This document shows, piece after piece, positions 48,896 to 63,575 of a stretch of 64,000 bases of DNA. The stretch lies in contig NC_043010.1 of the NCBI RefSeq assembly GCF_006345805.1, positions 56,730,001 through 56,794,000 on the forward strand, in the 5' to 3' direction. This DNA is from Octopus sinensis. Taxonomy: Eukaryota. Below the pieces are notes generated by a model that searched no databases, was not told the origin of the DNA, and saw nothing but the letters and a program-made list of their open reading frames with translations. The translations under genes and the position numbers were made by a program. Position 1 is the first letter of the stretch; the number at the start of each line of letters is the position of its first letter.

Positions 48896-50039
48896 TAATT
48901 GTTCATGCAATATAATGGTTTGTTGAATATCTTAAATTATTTTAACTTGAAGGTTGCTAAATACTGAGATATGTTTGATTTGTTAACACCACCACCCAGC
49001 AGTGGTGCCCCAGCATGGCCGCGGCCTTCGGGCTAAAACATTTTTAAGGATTTAAGGACCTGCAAAATAAACCTTTTACTATTTTATTTAAACTTTGAAT
49101 TGTAGTATTTTCCTTTCTTCTTTTTTTTTCTGTATGTGCACTAATAACATAAATCTAAATATAATTTCATTATATCAGCCCTCACTATCTTTAGTAATTG
49201 AACATAAGCATAAAGCGAATTAGTTCATGCAGATATTTAAAAAGATTGCTTGATTGGGTGGTATATGAAAATATGGCAAATAAACTATATAGAACTAGCT
49301 TCTGTTTGAATGAAATAATTATCCTTCTTCCACTTTCTTCAAAATATGATGAGAGGTAGTAAGGTGTTGAAGACAGCACTGAGCTACAAAATGTTGAGAA
49401 CCAGTGGTTTAGGGGCTCTTCATTGGTGGGCACAGGATTTGATCTGCTATTTTGGAGTTGTTAGAGACTATCATTTCTCTGAATGCTAATGAAATATCCT
49501 GCTTTCACAGTAGCAGTAACAGTTTTAGCATTATATCAATATTTTTAGTTTTATACAGAAACTTCTCTCAGAGTTTACAGACAAGTATAACAATTTACAG
49601 ATCATCAGGTTGTATAGTTAAAGAAAGGGTTCTGTTTCACTTGTTTTGGAGGTACATGCCCTACAGCATGAAACAATCTAAAACAACAATGATTCTGAGA
49701 GGAATGATTACATCAATCGCACTAGTTTTGGTGGGTCTGTAAAGATTATGGTTGTAGCCCTTTTCTCTATACCAAACTACTTCAAACGAAATAAAAAAAA
49801 AACAAGAGCAATTAATGAACACTAAAACTGTAGTAGTGCCTTGTGTATTTTAAGTGTTATTTTAACTTTATTTCATTTGTTTCTAGCTTGGGTAGTCATG
49901 TATCTCCTCTATAGCATGACCCCTGTTCCTTTCCTTTTATCATACTTTAGCCTTTCAACACTTGGTACGAAGCCACTTTTCTCAATACTACTGCCCCACT
50001 GAGTTGAGGAATTTAGTCTTGCAAGTTACTTGGTGACCT

Positions 50040-50230
50040 CACTAGTTCCAGTACCATAAAAAAAAAAGCAACCAGTACATTCTGTAAAATGGTTGGTATT
50101 ACAAAAGGGCATCCAGCCATAGAAACCATGCCAAAGCAGACTTTGGAGTTTGATGCAGTCCTCCAGCTTGTCAGATTCTGTAGAACTGTCCACTCCATAC
50201 TAGCATAGAAGACAGATATTAAAATGATGT
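50040..50230 (+). mobile_element. RTE-type tail-only copy
   Basis: aagggcatccagccatagaaaccatgcc..ctagcatagaagacagatattaaaatgatg. Confidence 0.7.
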
Positions 50231-51372
50231 TATTTACTGTTTCTATGAAGACTTTTTCATTGGAAGGAACATGAAATTATCAAAAATGAAACAAAATTAC
50301 AGTCCAAACTTTGAAAACCTTCACAGTGTTTAGATTATTTTACTGAACAATGAATGAAATATTTTAATTCTGTGGGAGAAATTATTAAATCTTTTTGGTT
50401 TAGAAAAAAACCCCCAACAAAACAGGAATATATTTTTCATTCATGCAATAAAAATGTTTTATACTTGAGCTGTAAAATGCAAATTGAATGCTAATTTCTT
50501 TCAGCATAGCTTGATAAAATAATAATTAGATGAAATTTCTGCTTAGATGAAGTCATTTCCAATAAAGTCTAAAAATATCAGCTTCAGTGAACTATTAAAT
50601 GTGTGCCATGAATTTCATTGTTTATGTTGAATAATAGATTTGTGGTAGGATTGTATGCAGAGATGGGACCTGCTACTCTGCACATATAAACAACTGATTG
50701 ATTACTATTAGTATTTCTTACTACTAGTGTGGCCTACACATGACTCACAAAATTGTTCTACTACAAAGCTGGTGGAATATATTTTATAATTTTATTGATC
50801 AAGGTAAACATTGTTATGAAATGTGTGAAAAGAAAAACCAGTAAACATGATGGGATGAGGAGACAGGTTTCATACAGTGAATATCTACATTACCAGTTGC
50901 TAAAGAATATGTACCTTTTTAAGGCAGTGTATAGCAATATCTCATTGTTATATTGATCTTATTAGTTCTTTACTATAAACTTCTATTATAGTTTGTTGTG
51001 ATAACAACATTTCAGTAGCTATTAAGAATTTACACAAAATCTTTTATAAAATGGAAGAAACAATTGTCAGAAAATGGATCTACTTAAAATACACAACTAT
51101 CATTTCAAAAATCTACAGGTTGGTTTTTAATTACAACTGACTTAATTAATTTTATTATAATAGTTGAAAATATTGAAAATTGTTTACTATATTTGGAATT
51201 AGTACATGTGTCAACATTTTTGGCAGTAATAATTTCTAATTAATACGAACACTATTTCAGTGCAAAGACTAAACAATTGTAGTGAATGAGTTATTTGTAA
51301 CTTTCTTTTTTCAATATTTAAATTAATCAACTATTGAAACCAGTAGCCTTTTTTTAAAATAATATTTCAAGA

Positions 51373-51760
51373 TTGGCAGAATCGTTAGCACACCGGGCAA
51401 AATGCTTAGCGGTATTTTGTCTGTCTTTACATTCTGAGTTCAAATTCTGCCAACGTCGACTTTGCCTTTCATCCTTTCGGGGTTGATAAATTAAGTACCA
51501 GTTGCATACTGGACTTGATCTAATTGACTGGTCTCTCCCCACAAATTTCAGGTCTTGTGCCTAGAGTAGAAAAGAATGGTTATGCTGGACAAAAATTCTG
51601 AAGAGCATTCCATCTGTCTTCATGTTCAAGTTCAAATTGCACTGAGGTCGACTTTGTCTTTCATCTTTTGAGTTTGATAAAATATCAGTTGAACATTCAG
51701 GTTATTGTAATCGACTTACACCTTACCTTGAAATTGCTGGCTTTTTGCTAAAATTTGAAA
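51373..51760 (+). mobile_element. Two adjacent SINE family B copies (51373-51577 and a degraded 51578-51760)
   Basis: tggcagaatcgttagc..gagttcaaattc..gtcgactttgcctttcatcc repeated. Confidence 0.8.
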
Positions 51761-51835
51761 TGAGTATTTCATGAGTGTGAAATAGTATATAAAATAATTG
51801 TTATTTGGTTATAGTGCAATGAGAAAATAGGCTAA

Positions 51836-52139
51836 CCCTTTTGAGATACATGGTGTTTTGGTCTATGTAGCCAAAAAGACCAAAGTTGTTTTTTTTTTTC
51901 TGTTGGGATTGAAATTGATAAGTACATGTAGAAAACGAAGTATAAAATGCCTAAAACTAGATTATTTGTATGTAAAATTATATATATTATACAGTTTTAT
52001 ATTATATCTACTGAAAGACGATCCCTGATAGGCTATTACACTTCAAAATGTTTGTTTCATTGTGCCAATGGATCATCCTCAAAGTCCTTTCAGCTTGTAT
52101 CGCTTGGGCCGATCAATCTGCCTGGGTGCCGCAAAAGGG
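51836..52139. mobile_element. piggyBac-type MITE
   Basis: ctaa|cccttttg ... caaaaggg|ttaa. Confidence 0.6.
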
Positions 52140-53110
52140 TTAAGGATTGTTTAAGGTTTTGTAATTGTTATTACAGAATTTTTTTTTTAAAGGTAAATCT
52201 CAGCTGTAATGCTTTTACTTTCACAATAAAACAGTCACTTACCTTCTGTTCATTGAACTTAAAACTTTTTTTTTATTTGATATAAATAGATATTTGTACA
52301 GAGGTAGAAATTTCTGGAAAAATGTTTATCAGTGATAAGTTGTTCACATCTCAACCCAGTTGAATTAATCTCTCCTTCAGATTTTAATTTAGCTGTTTAA
52401 TATCTGGGATCAAGTTAAGTATTAAGTTGTTGAACTTCCTAATTATGAATTTTTGCTAAGTATATCGTATTACAACACTCTAAGGACAGGTCCAGGAAAG
52501 AGATATTTCAATAACTATATTTTCTTCTCTTAGAAACTTGATAACATGAAGGACATCTGCTACTGATGGGACAGAAAATTTAAAATGAATTGTGGTTGGC
52601 GTCATGGCATAGAAAAGAGATCACGCATCAAAAACACACAATTTTCCTTCATATATTTTATCATTTAACCAATTTTGTCTAAAATTTGTGTCAATGGTGT
52701 GGAGCTATATCTTATGTAATTTTGTTTATTGTTCGATGCTGTGTTGGATAACTGTTTACATCAGCTTTGCTATTGTCTATATCCCCTCTACCTCAGCTTT
52801 ATATAATTTGTTCTTAGAATAGTCGTACCATCTCACATTTTTATCAGATTTATCAGATTTTTTAAACAAATACTATTTGTTAAAAGCCATATTAAAGTAA
52901 TGCTGAATGTATTTAGTATATATATTATCTGTAAGGTTATGTGAGAACAGGTTTATGACTAAAGCTCTGACAAAAGAACAGGTTAATGACAAAACGTACA
53001 AGAAGCTTTACAAAATTCAGTTCAAGTATTATCCAAATGTAATTGACATCATCATTATCATTGTCATCTGCCATTAGCATTACATTAGTTTTCAATATTA
53101 TTTGATTTAA

Positions 53111-53306
53111 CCTATATATCTAGAAATATACAGCCTTTGTTTCAGTGAATTTTGAAAATAAGCAGGAATTTAGTAAAATAACTCTGGTATTTAGAACATA
53201 AATTAACATGGGATTTTGATTAAAGATTTTAACTTAGATCACTTTAAAACAGTCAGTTAGTATTATGGGCCCAGGGGCAGTGTTGTGCAAATTGGCATCA
53301 AAAGGG
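53111..53306. mobile_element. piggyBac-type MITE, left end degraded
   Basis: ttaa|cct ... tcaaaaggg|ttaa. Confidence 0.5.
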
Positions 53307-53845
53307 TTAATTTTTTCAATTACTTTTGTTGATCCTTGATGATTTGCTTATTTCTAATTTCTAATAACCCTAACCCTAACTTATTGTCCATGTTTTCTGA
53401 ATAACCTTGAATTCAGTTGTATATAGGTTTTTCTGTTCAAATTCCATGAAAATATCCCATTGCAACACATTATACACACTGTTGCCATGGGAGAGTGATA
53501 TTGAATTAACAGAACATTTAATGATTGTTTTTTTCCTTCAACTTTGATACTTGCAGTCTCTGTATTATTGATAAATTACATTGTATTGAATCCTTTGCTA
53601 TACCTTCAAACAACTCCACATATACATATTGAGTGAGTCCTTACCTATGAAAAAGCTCCACATACTAAATCAATGTCTTGGTCATTTTCACTATAGAAAA
53701 TCCTATTTGCAATTTCTTACAGCAACAGTGTGTGACTGATGTGGGAATAGTCACTAGAATTGGTAGGTCATAGGTGGTCCGTGACTGTATGAATCAGAGA
53801 CTGGATGTCAGAGTGTGAGAAAGAGCAGAGAGTAATGGTTTCGAC

Positions 53846-54113
53846 CAAGGTCCTCCACATGGCACCTTGGAGTCTGTATAAGATTTTGGGGGAACCACAC
53901 AAGCAAAATAGTAAATTAGGTCAACTGTAGTATTTTTTGAATCTATGAAAAAATTTCAGCCTACAGAAGTGAATGTGCGATAAACAAAATTGGAATTTTG
54001 AAAGAAGTATCAAGAAAACTAGTTTTTGAACATCAAATGGCTTTGGGGGTCCACCAGAATAAAATACTAATCAAAGGGGTCCATGGATGAAAAAGAATGG
54101 TTGAGAACCACTG
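53846..54113. mobile_element. hAT/Charlie-type MITE
   Basis: Right end ggttgagaaccactg matches the Charlie-type TIR; left end degraded. Confidence 0.5.
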
Positions 54114-54729
54114 GCTTAGTCAAAGCTTTATTCTTATCAGTCTCTCTCTCTCTCTCTCTCTCTCCCCTATGATAAACCAGATTATCTAACTTCAGATTCT
54201 TTTTTTTTTTTTTACTGAATCTGTTATTAACCTTTTCTCTCCAATTTTATCATTTTAAATGGATTGAAGATTCCTATCTAACCTCATCAATCCTTGAATG
54301 GCTTTTTAATGTTAGGAAACAATAATCTTAATGCTCTTAGCTTGATCTTTCATTGATTGTCGTTTTATTTCTTCATTAGTCATTGATTTCACAAACTAAT
54401 TTTGTTCAACACTCCTTTATAATTAAAGCCTTCACATCACTTACATTACTCTTGTTAATATATAAGTTAGGAAAATAACAATATTATGTTTCACAGAAGT
54501 CTGCCCTATCACAGCATTACTGGACATTTTAATTCCTTGATAACAGACCAGTCTATGTTTTACTTGATGCTTTGTATACATGATAATTGTGTAAAAGTGT
54601 AAAACTAACATTTGTTGGAGTAGAACACCTATGAATTTAGGGCTGCTGCCACCGGTCATGACTTTGGATTCTTCATACTAATGAGAAATATACAAAGAAG
54701 TGTTTCTATATGTCTTTGTTTCCAATGCC

Positions 54730-54960
<231 letters not shown>

Positions 54961-55994
54961 ATACATGTGTATGTGAGTGTTACCTTATTTATTGTTATTA
55001 TGAGCTTGTGTATTTTATATGAAATGTTAAAATAAAACCACTTTGAAATGCTTATTTCAACTAGTATTTATGTGTTGACATTGTGATACAGCAACAACTG
55101 ACAACAGCTTTTTGGTTTTAACATTTTATGCTCCCACCCCCCTCTCTTACACATACCACCACAATTTACAAGTGATTGAAAGCTGAATAAACTTGGTAGG
55201 ATGATTGATGAAGTGAATATGAATTTCTGTGACATTTAAACCTTTGCTGTTTATGAATGAGGTAATATTGATAGAGTTACTGTAGAGTAGTGTGGCAACA
55301 AACATTAACTCATTTTATAAAACCTGTTATCTATATTTAATTGCTATCATTAAATATTACACTATTTCCAAATGTGTATACAAGTAAGTCTGTTATTGCT
55401 ATAAATAGACATTTTGGAACTTATATTTCAATATTTTCAATTGTCATAATGTCCAGGTCAGTAGTGTATTTACTAACTCCTATATTTTGACATGTATTAG
55501 CCCAAAGTAAATTAATATATCATTTGTCAAATAAAAGCTGTAAGAAATATAGCGGGTGCACAGGTGAAGATGTAAATTAATTTTAGTGCTGCAATATATG
55601 TCGAATATAATTTGAGTTAAATATCCTTGATGATGTAAATATTTAAATTCTTTTTATAAGTCTCTTTATGAAAATGGTAACATTTATTAATTAGTCTTCA
55701 TTAGTCATACATAACTTTGTCTTGCAATCAGTTGTATCTGTCCCATTAATTTGCACTCTGAATATTTTTAGACCTTAGTTTCATTCAAGCAGACTTTGAT
55801 ATGAATTGAATTATGTCACCGAAATGGATAAACTTTAAACTTGAATACTATTTAAGAGTTATTTGTTTTTTAAGTCCACAGCTTTGAATCAAGAACTTTG
55901 CATAAGGAACTGTAGCTGTGTTTGAGTTTTACAATTGTCAGTTTATTTAATGAAAAAAAAAAAGAAGTTTCAGTTAATTGAGGATGATATAAGT

Positions 55995-56385
55995 GCAGAC
56001 GAGGCTGTGTGGTTTCGAAGCTTGTTTTCCAATCCTGTGGTTTCAGGGTCAGATCTACTGTGCAGCAGTTTGGGCAAGTGTTACCCACTAAAGCCCCAGG
56101 CTGTCTCAAGATTTGTGAGTGGGTTGATTTGACAGAAATTGTTTGGGAACCTGTTAATATATATTCATACGGGTGTGTGTGTGTGTGTGTGCTTCTCCCC
56201 ACCCCTACTTGACATCCAGTATTGATTTGTTTAGGTCCCTGTACCTTAGCAATTCAATAAAAGGGACCAATAGAATAAATATGAGACTTTAAGAAATTAG
56301 TACTGGAGTTGATTCGTTTGACTAATCATACAAGGAAGTGCTTCAACATAGTTATAGTCCAAAGACTGAATCAAATAAAAGAGTA
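55995..56385 (+). mobile_element. Diverged SINE family A copy
   Basis: ggctgtgtggt..tttgggcaagtgtt..(TG)n..caatagaataa..gactgaatcaaataaaagag. Confidence 0.7.
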
Positions 56386-59300
56386 GAATTAGTAACCTGC
56401 TAAGAAAGAAATTTAGTCAACATTTCATAATAGAACATTTGTTTGTATTGTATCCAGTATATTGTGAATTTATCTTCTCAGACTAGTCACATTTACCAAA
56501 TACCAGGTTGATAGGTAAACTTTTTCGATTCCTGTTGATAACAGGATGTCTTTTCACCCTTCTCTCTCTAGAATCAGCTGCTCAGTAGGTATTGTACTGA
56601 AACCTTTAGACGGATGTGATATTTTCTGTGTCTTTTAACAATGATGATAAAAAATGAGTTTTCTCTTGTGTTGGTGGTGGTGGGTAAATGATCTTCATGT
56701 TACTGGATGAAGCAGACAGTATAGCTTTCCTCAAATTATGTTCATTATGTTGTTGTTGTTGCTTAGCCTTAGGTCTGAACCCCATCATAGCCAGGATCAT
56801 CCCATCGTTTATAGGATTCAGTTATCTGTGTTGACAGTAGTGTGTAGTTTAAGGAAGATTAAGTTGAGATTTCTTGCAGGTTGAGCAACCAGAGTAGATG
56901 TTAGTCTCTGTGTGATGTGGATTATGTTGCAAGATATAATGTAACATGTCTGTGAGTATTGGCATCCACAGTCTTCATTTCTATCAATAATTATCTTCAA
57001 TATGAACATCAAACTAGTGATGTGTTACTGGCTGTAACCAAACTTTCCATTAGGAACTTCTCTTGAGAATTTAGAAAATGTTCAGAGCTTTCTTTGATCT
57101 TTTTGCAGTTAACAGAATGTTTATCTGTCTTAGAGCAGATGTTGTGTAAATGTCAGCTAGATACTAGTTCTAATCACCATATTACAACTGGTCCTTTTTC
57201 TAGTCTTTGTTTAGAACATTGAAACAACAACGTGTTGAAATGCAGCGTTAATCTATCATCTGTATTCTGCAGTTCTGTTGATGAGTTAGTATACTTTTAG
57301 ATACCTCATGAAAAATAAATTTTAGCTTTTTAAGTGTGATTAAATGGCTATAATGACTCTTTCATGGGGTAATTGATTCAGAGTACTCTTTTAGCTAAAT
57401 CTCCTAAACAGAGTAACTTAAAAGTGGAGTTTTGATGGTAGCAAGTTCAATGAATGAAACAAAGAAATTTTTGCTCAATAAGTTTCTCTGTCAATCAAGC
57501 TTAAATATTTTTATTTTCAAAATAAACTACTTCATATGTCTTCACCACAAAATATTCTTACTTTCTGAGAGAGAGAGAGAGAGAGAGAGAGTGTATGTAT
57601 GGCATACTTTTGGTCTTTCATTGATGTATTGTGTCACAAAAATAAATTTTTATTGTTCTAGCAAACTATTTTGACAAAATATAGAACATCTGGCTTCAGT
57701 CCAACTTCAGATATTGACTATTTATTCTCTCTTCATTTCCTGAATACTATATTATCACAGCAATACTAGTTTTCTAGTTTCTCTTTTTATGGATGAGCCC
57801 ATTCTTTCTCAGTTCAACTAGCTCTTGCTTTTGTTCTCAAAATGCTTTCCTTCTGTATTCTATCTTAAATTCCTTTTCAGACTAATTATTTCTATACTTT
57901 TTATGTTATTTTGCCGTAACTTCAAGATGAACTTCATTTCTAAAATAGATACATTTTATCATTTAGTTAGCAGTTGGTGACTTTCTGAAGACTACAAGTG
58001 CTTTTTCTCAGAAAAACCTTTGTCAAAATAGAGGAAAGTATTAATAGCCTTGAAATGCAATTAGGATTTTGTTGTGCTGGACGCTAGTTAGCCTATGAAT
58101 AGTTGATGTCATTTCAAGTTATCACTATAAGTTAGTTTCTAAATATCATGCTTCTATATTTTCTCATTTCTAAGACTGATTCACTGAACTACTTGGAAGC
58201 ATCTGTTTATCTTGCAAGACTATGGATCAGTGCCTGGAAATGTTGGTTTTGGTTTTGTTGGCAGAACAGCATCTGCTGTGACTGTAAAAACCTACATGGG
58301 CACAGCAATCCCAAGTGTACTTGAAAGCACTATCCTGCTGCTGTTTTTCATCAAATATATTTTTCTTCATCAGCTATCCTCAGCCTGTCCTCTCATCTTT
58401 CAACCTGTTGAATTCCAGCAATTACGTAGCACTTTGTATATTATTTCAAATTAATAGTTTGATGATAGAGCAGTAAATTATTTTTGTTTATTCATATTTC
58501 TTTGACTTTTATTATTTTTTTTGTTCCAATTGCTGGGTTTTTTGGTGGGGGCGATCTCTTATTCTTTTCTCTTCTTCAAATTAAATGTATATAACTATTT
58601 TCAATGAATGCTGTTTTTTTTTTATGCTGAGTTGTCTATGATTTCTACTATGTAGCCATAGCTTAGTTGAACCTATGTGGTTTTCTGAATAACTTTTAAA
58701 TACAACAGTTTTAGAGCCATAACTTTTTCTGCTATTAATCTCTCTATTTGATATTGGTATCTAAATAGAGTTGAGAGGACTGAATCACATTAACAATTGA
58801 TTTCAATAACTATTTTACTAATCTAACTGCTACATCTTGGGAAAGGAATAATGATCAAAACCATTTCTCTTCTTGTCTCTGTATCTTAGAACTCATTGCT
58901 AAACTCACTGAGTACTGCCCAAAGCTTCCTAAATAAACAACATTGATAGAGTTACTTATATTCACATTTCTGGAGAGTTGACGTGGAAGAAGAAAGTATG
59001 ATTAAAAAATTTAAACAATTTTTATTCACAGTTTATATCAACTAAAGTTGGAAATGTTCTTCTTTGTTAGTAGCCACATGAATACAACTGAAGATCTAGA
59101 TTTATTTCTTTAGTTCTTTGATTTGTTTCAGTTATTACTATCTTTTTGTAAAATTCAGCATTTTTTGGAATTGGTCAGCTCTGATTGAGCAGATCTAAGA
59201 TCTTGAGCATCCCATCACATTTTTGTGGCATAATATTATCAAGTATAATGTTAGTAGAGCAACCATGTAGAGTCTATTGGACTTGTTGGTGATCAGTCCA

Positions 59301-60289
59301 TAAGTCGGAAGATTTGATAATTTGGTTTGTTATAAACTGCTTTGATTTGAACATTTTAGCTTTGATCATCTCTAAATTGTGGTGTCAATACAGCATTAGT
59401 GTAACAAACTATTTTATATTCTAGGACATACAGTAAATAAGTGGATTTATTAAATGTGTTAGAATATTGTTATTTATTTAGATTATACTGCTGTTTGAGT
59501 TTGTTCAGGCAGATTGAGAGCTTAATGTTTTTATAAATGTTTTCATGTCATTTGAAAATTTTCGTTTATAAATCTTCACTGGAATATACAAGGAATAACA
59601 CTTGAAAGTGTTCCTCTTCAATAGTTTGTACAAGAAAAGTAAGAAATTGATTCAACTGTAAATCAGTTTTGGAGCCAGGTCAGTTTCTTTTACCATCCTC
59701 CATATATAGAGTTTTACAGGTAATTTATAGATATTTCTGATTTATTAAACATAATCATCTTGTTTATGGCTCAAAAACACAACAGTTCAAAACTAAACTG
59801 ATTCCTTTATTTTCATAGTAATATAGCTGTTTTCACAGCTCAACCAATTTAAACTGGAGACATAAAAGGGAACAATTGGCTGTAGAACAATGGAAGAAAC
59901 CTAGTGGGGAAAATCAGGCAATTATTTCTATAGGAGCTATAATTTATGGGTATTTAATGAAAACGGTGGCAGTATCATTTATGGTTTGTAGTCTTTAATA
60001 TTTTAATGGTTTTTCTAAGTTTCAACATCCCTAGAATCTGTTAGCAGTAATGTGAATTAGATGTGACTTTATGTAACACCATAATAATGAACACATTGTA
60101 TTAGTGTTTAACCTCAGCTCATCTCTGCTCTCATAGACCTATGGTCCCAACTGTTCCAATTACAGCCATCTAGGAGCACTTCATGCAATATGCCCTTTCT
60201 TTTTAAAATGATTGGGTGTGACCTGAAGATAATTTAGTTGCTATTTCTTCCTGGTTAAGTGACTGTCTAAAGACTGCCTTATTTGCTTA

Positions 60290-60470
60290 CATCATCATCA
60301 TTATCATCATCATCTAATATCTGTTTTCCATGCTAGCATGGGTTGGACAGTTTGATGGGAGCTGGCTAGGCTAGGAACATCAACAGGCTCCATTGTCTGT
60401 TTTGGCATGTTTTCAACAGCTGGGTACCCTTCTTAACACTGACCACTCTACAGAGTGCAGAGGGTGTTGC
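60290..60470 (-). mobile_element. RTE-type tail-only copy
   Basis: catcatcatcattatcatcatcatctaatatctgttttccatgctagcatgggttggac. Confidence 0.8.
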
Positions 60471-63400
60471 TTTTATGACAGGGAAATCAAACAATAACAT
60501 ACGAATGATTTAGTAGCAGAAACAGTTACTTCTTTATGGAATAATTTTTTTATTCTTTACATTTGTAGACCACCTATTAAATGTGGGAATATTATAAGAA
60601 TTACTGAAAAGTTGTAGTTTCTGTCCATGAAATATTGGTTGTTGAAATTTTTCTGGTAAGCATCAAATAAAATTTCTAAAATAAATTTTGCAAATATTAT
60701 TAAGAGTCCTCTTAGAACTCAGAATTAGTTTTTCTGAGATCCCCCAGAAAAATGTATATTGTTTCAAGAGTGCTTTAGAAAACTGTAAGAAAGATTTCTG
60801 TTCCGACTGAAGAGCAACACTATGTAGGCACTACAGAGAAATGCAATTCACTTCTGTGATCTCAAAGGAAGAGGAAGTCCTACATACCCTCCCACGAACA
60901 AATATGTTAAAAAGAAGCTGCAGTTATAGAAGAGGGTTTAATTTTGTTGATATCTATGATTGCAACCATTCTTCATCATAATTACTAGGACCAATTACTT
61001 CATCTGTGATCAAAATTGTTTGTTAGAGACTAAATGCATTTTCAAATCACTGATATCAACTCCAGTGAATATTTTGGTTAATATTTTTCTTGACAGCTGA
61101 ATCTACTTTTGGAAGAGAGCATTTTCTTTTTTATATCTTGGCCATTCTCAGCAAATGTACTTCCCACATATCACAAATTATCTCAAATTTGTATTGACTG
61201 ATTTTTTTAAAAACATAAATTACCTTTAGTTTAGGAAATTATTCAATTAGTAAGAATCAAAACTGATTTCATAAGAAAACTCAGTTTTTCTACTCATAAA
61301 ATCTTCAATATATGAAACTTTATTTTGGTTATCGAGGTATGAAAGCTGAGTAAAACTGTTCTCTATGTGATGTTGACTGTATAGTTTTTTTTTTATTGAT
61401 CTTTTACTAGCTTCTGTGATTAGTTACACTCTCCATCCTTCAGTAGCTTTGCCTCCAACATTGCAGTCTTTACTCATTTTTAATGAAATGTGTTTGACAT
61501 TAACCACAATCTGCTCATCCACACAAACACAACCCACTTCACCATCATTATTGTAATGAAGGGTGTAGTCTAACTGTGACCACTACTTGGATTAGTAAAG
61601 GCATAACCATCACAACACCTCATATGTCTGTATGAGATTTATAGTGAGTTGGCTACTGTTATGGTAACAACTTCTTAGAAAATCAAGTCTAATCCTGACT
61701 CTCTTCAATGCAGCAGGCCTGAACAGTATATCTTTATTCATAAATGTATGATATGTGGTAGAAGGAAATAGAAATTGATAAAGGTGTGATTGTGTTGACA
61801 ATATTGGATTAGGTTCATTAGAATGGTTTATTTCATTAGTTTTCTGTTCCCAGTTCAAGCCTCACCAGGTTCCATAAATTAATTGTAAAGCTGTGAACTG
61901 TTGCTCATTGACATAAGTGGCTTTGGTTGTGTACAGTCATTCACATACACACACACATACCATAATTTGGATTGTAGTGAAACATTATGTTTTGTGCATT
62001 CTTGTGGCAAATAAAAATGTTACTTGGACTGAGTTCAATGGAAACATAAGCTGTTAACTGATAACATTTACTTTCATTTTGTAAATTATTGCCAGATATT
62101 ACATCTAACATGAAATAATGTACCAGTAATTGACTGGACTGATTCAATCAACAAGTTCCTCTCTAACAATTAGTCTTGTGTCTTGCAAAGAAATGAAGAC
62201 ATGTTCGTGGAATATTTTAGTTAAATTTGTTGAAGAAATGAATTCTTGTATCACATTTTGTATTGACTGAGTTCAATTCTTATCAGATTTTCCGTCATAA
62301 ATATTTTGTATTTAGTAGATCAATTAATTGTCACAACTAACATTTTTCAAATTCATAACTGCAATAAGTACAATGGAATTGTTTTAAATGTTGTTCTCAG
62401 AATAGTTTAGTCAAATGTTATAAGGGAATTGGCCCACGTTTTAATATGGAGTGGTGCATGTAGGAGAAGCCACATGGGTTCATGTAATCCATAGATAGTG
62501 AAAGGGGATACAAATGAAATTAGTTGTAATGTTCACTTTAAGCTAACTAAATAATTTAACAGTCACAAGTTACTGAAATACATTTGTGGACCCTTTAATC
62601 TCAATAAAACGAGGGCAGCATATTGCTCTTTTTTGTTTCAGTGAGGACCACTTATATAAGTTGGTTGGTCCTAACAGTTGCAGTAGCAAGAGTTGGGAAT
62701 CTCTCTTCAAAAGACATTGTAAAAGTAATCTTATCTTCATTAAAAGGGGAAATAGTTGATAAGAAAATGTGTTTGGTGTAGTTGATATGTCAGTGGCTAC
62801 CTAGCACATACAGGTGTGAAGCAGGTATGGCCTATGTAACCCTGAGTGTTTGCCAGCTTGTGTTGTGATGGTACCACAGCCATCTGTGTCAGGAACAACA
62901 ACAACAACAGCAGCAGCAGCAGCAGTAGTAGCAGCAAACAACTGCATGTATGCGCTTGTTGGTGTTAGCAGTGTTATTGTTAGTTGCTTTGTGGACATAG
63001 CAGAGAGAGAGAGAGAGAGAGAAACATTGTGACACTTTATGTACACTGCACTAAGTGTAGTAGTAGTATTAGTAGTAGTAGTGGTAGTAGTAGTAGTGGT
63101 AGTGGTGGTGGTGGCATTTCTAGGATTGGCAATAATGCTCTAGCAAAGTTATGATGTGTCACAATAACTGCAGATATGGTTTACAACTGGCAGAATTCTA
63201 CATCTGCTACTACTGGAACTACTGACAAGTTTTTTTTTTTTTTTCAGTTCTCATTGCTTATAGTGTTTGTGTGTGTGTGTGTGTGTGTGCTACAAACACT
63301 AGCTCTACTATTACTACTACTATTGGCTGTAGTCTAACTACTGCTTCCATCAGAGCCAGCACTAGTATTTATTGCCTTTAGTATATTACTGTGTCTGCTG

Positions 63401-63518
63401 TAAGTGTTTATATGTGAAACTGTCAGTGTGTAGCAATAATAAGAACAGCAGCAGCAGAAACGAAGTATTCATCATACACACGCCTACTAGATTCAAGCGA
63501 AATGAGCGAAGATTTCAG

Positions 63519-63575
63519 ATGAGGCCTTTGTTTATATCTCCTTCTTACTGGCTCTTCTATTGCCTTGGTGTGCAG
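63519..63575 (+). other. Candidate short coding exon (hydrophobic peptide) in a microsatellite-rich, UTR-like region
   Basis: ATG..MRPLFISPSYWLFYCLGVQ followed by cag|gtagct; weak donor, no homology recognised. Confidence 0.15.

Noticed and set aside
53365-53380. taaccctaaccctaac, telomere-like
   Set aside because: Under three units; too short to call an interstitial telomere.
56700-57150. Possible ancient LINE RT relics (also ~34240-34860, ~47600-48060, ~61400-61900)
   Set aside because: Only faint motif echoes; not supportable without an alignment search.
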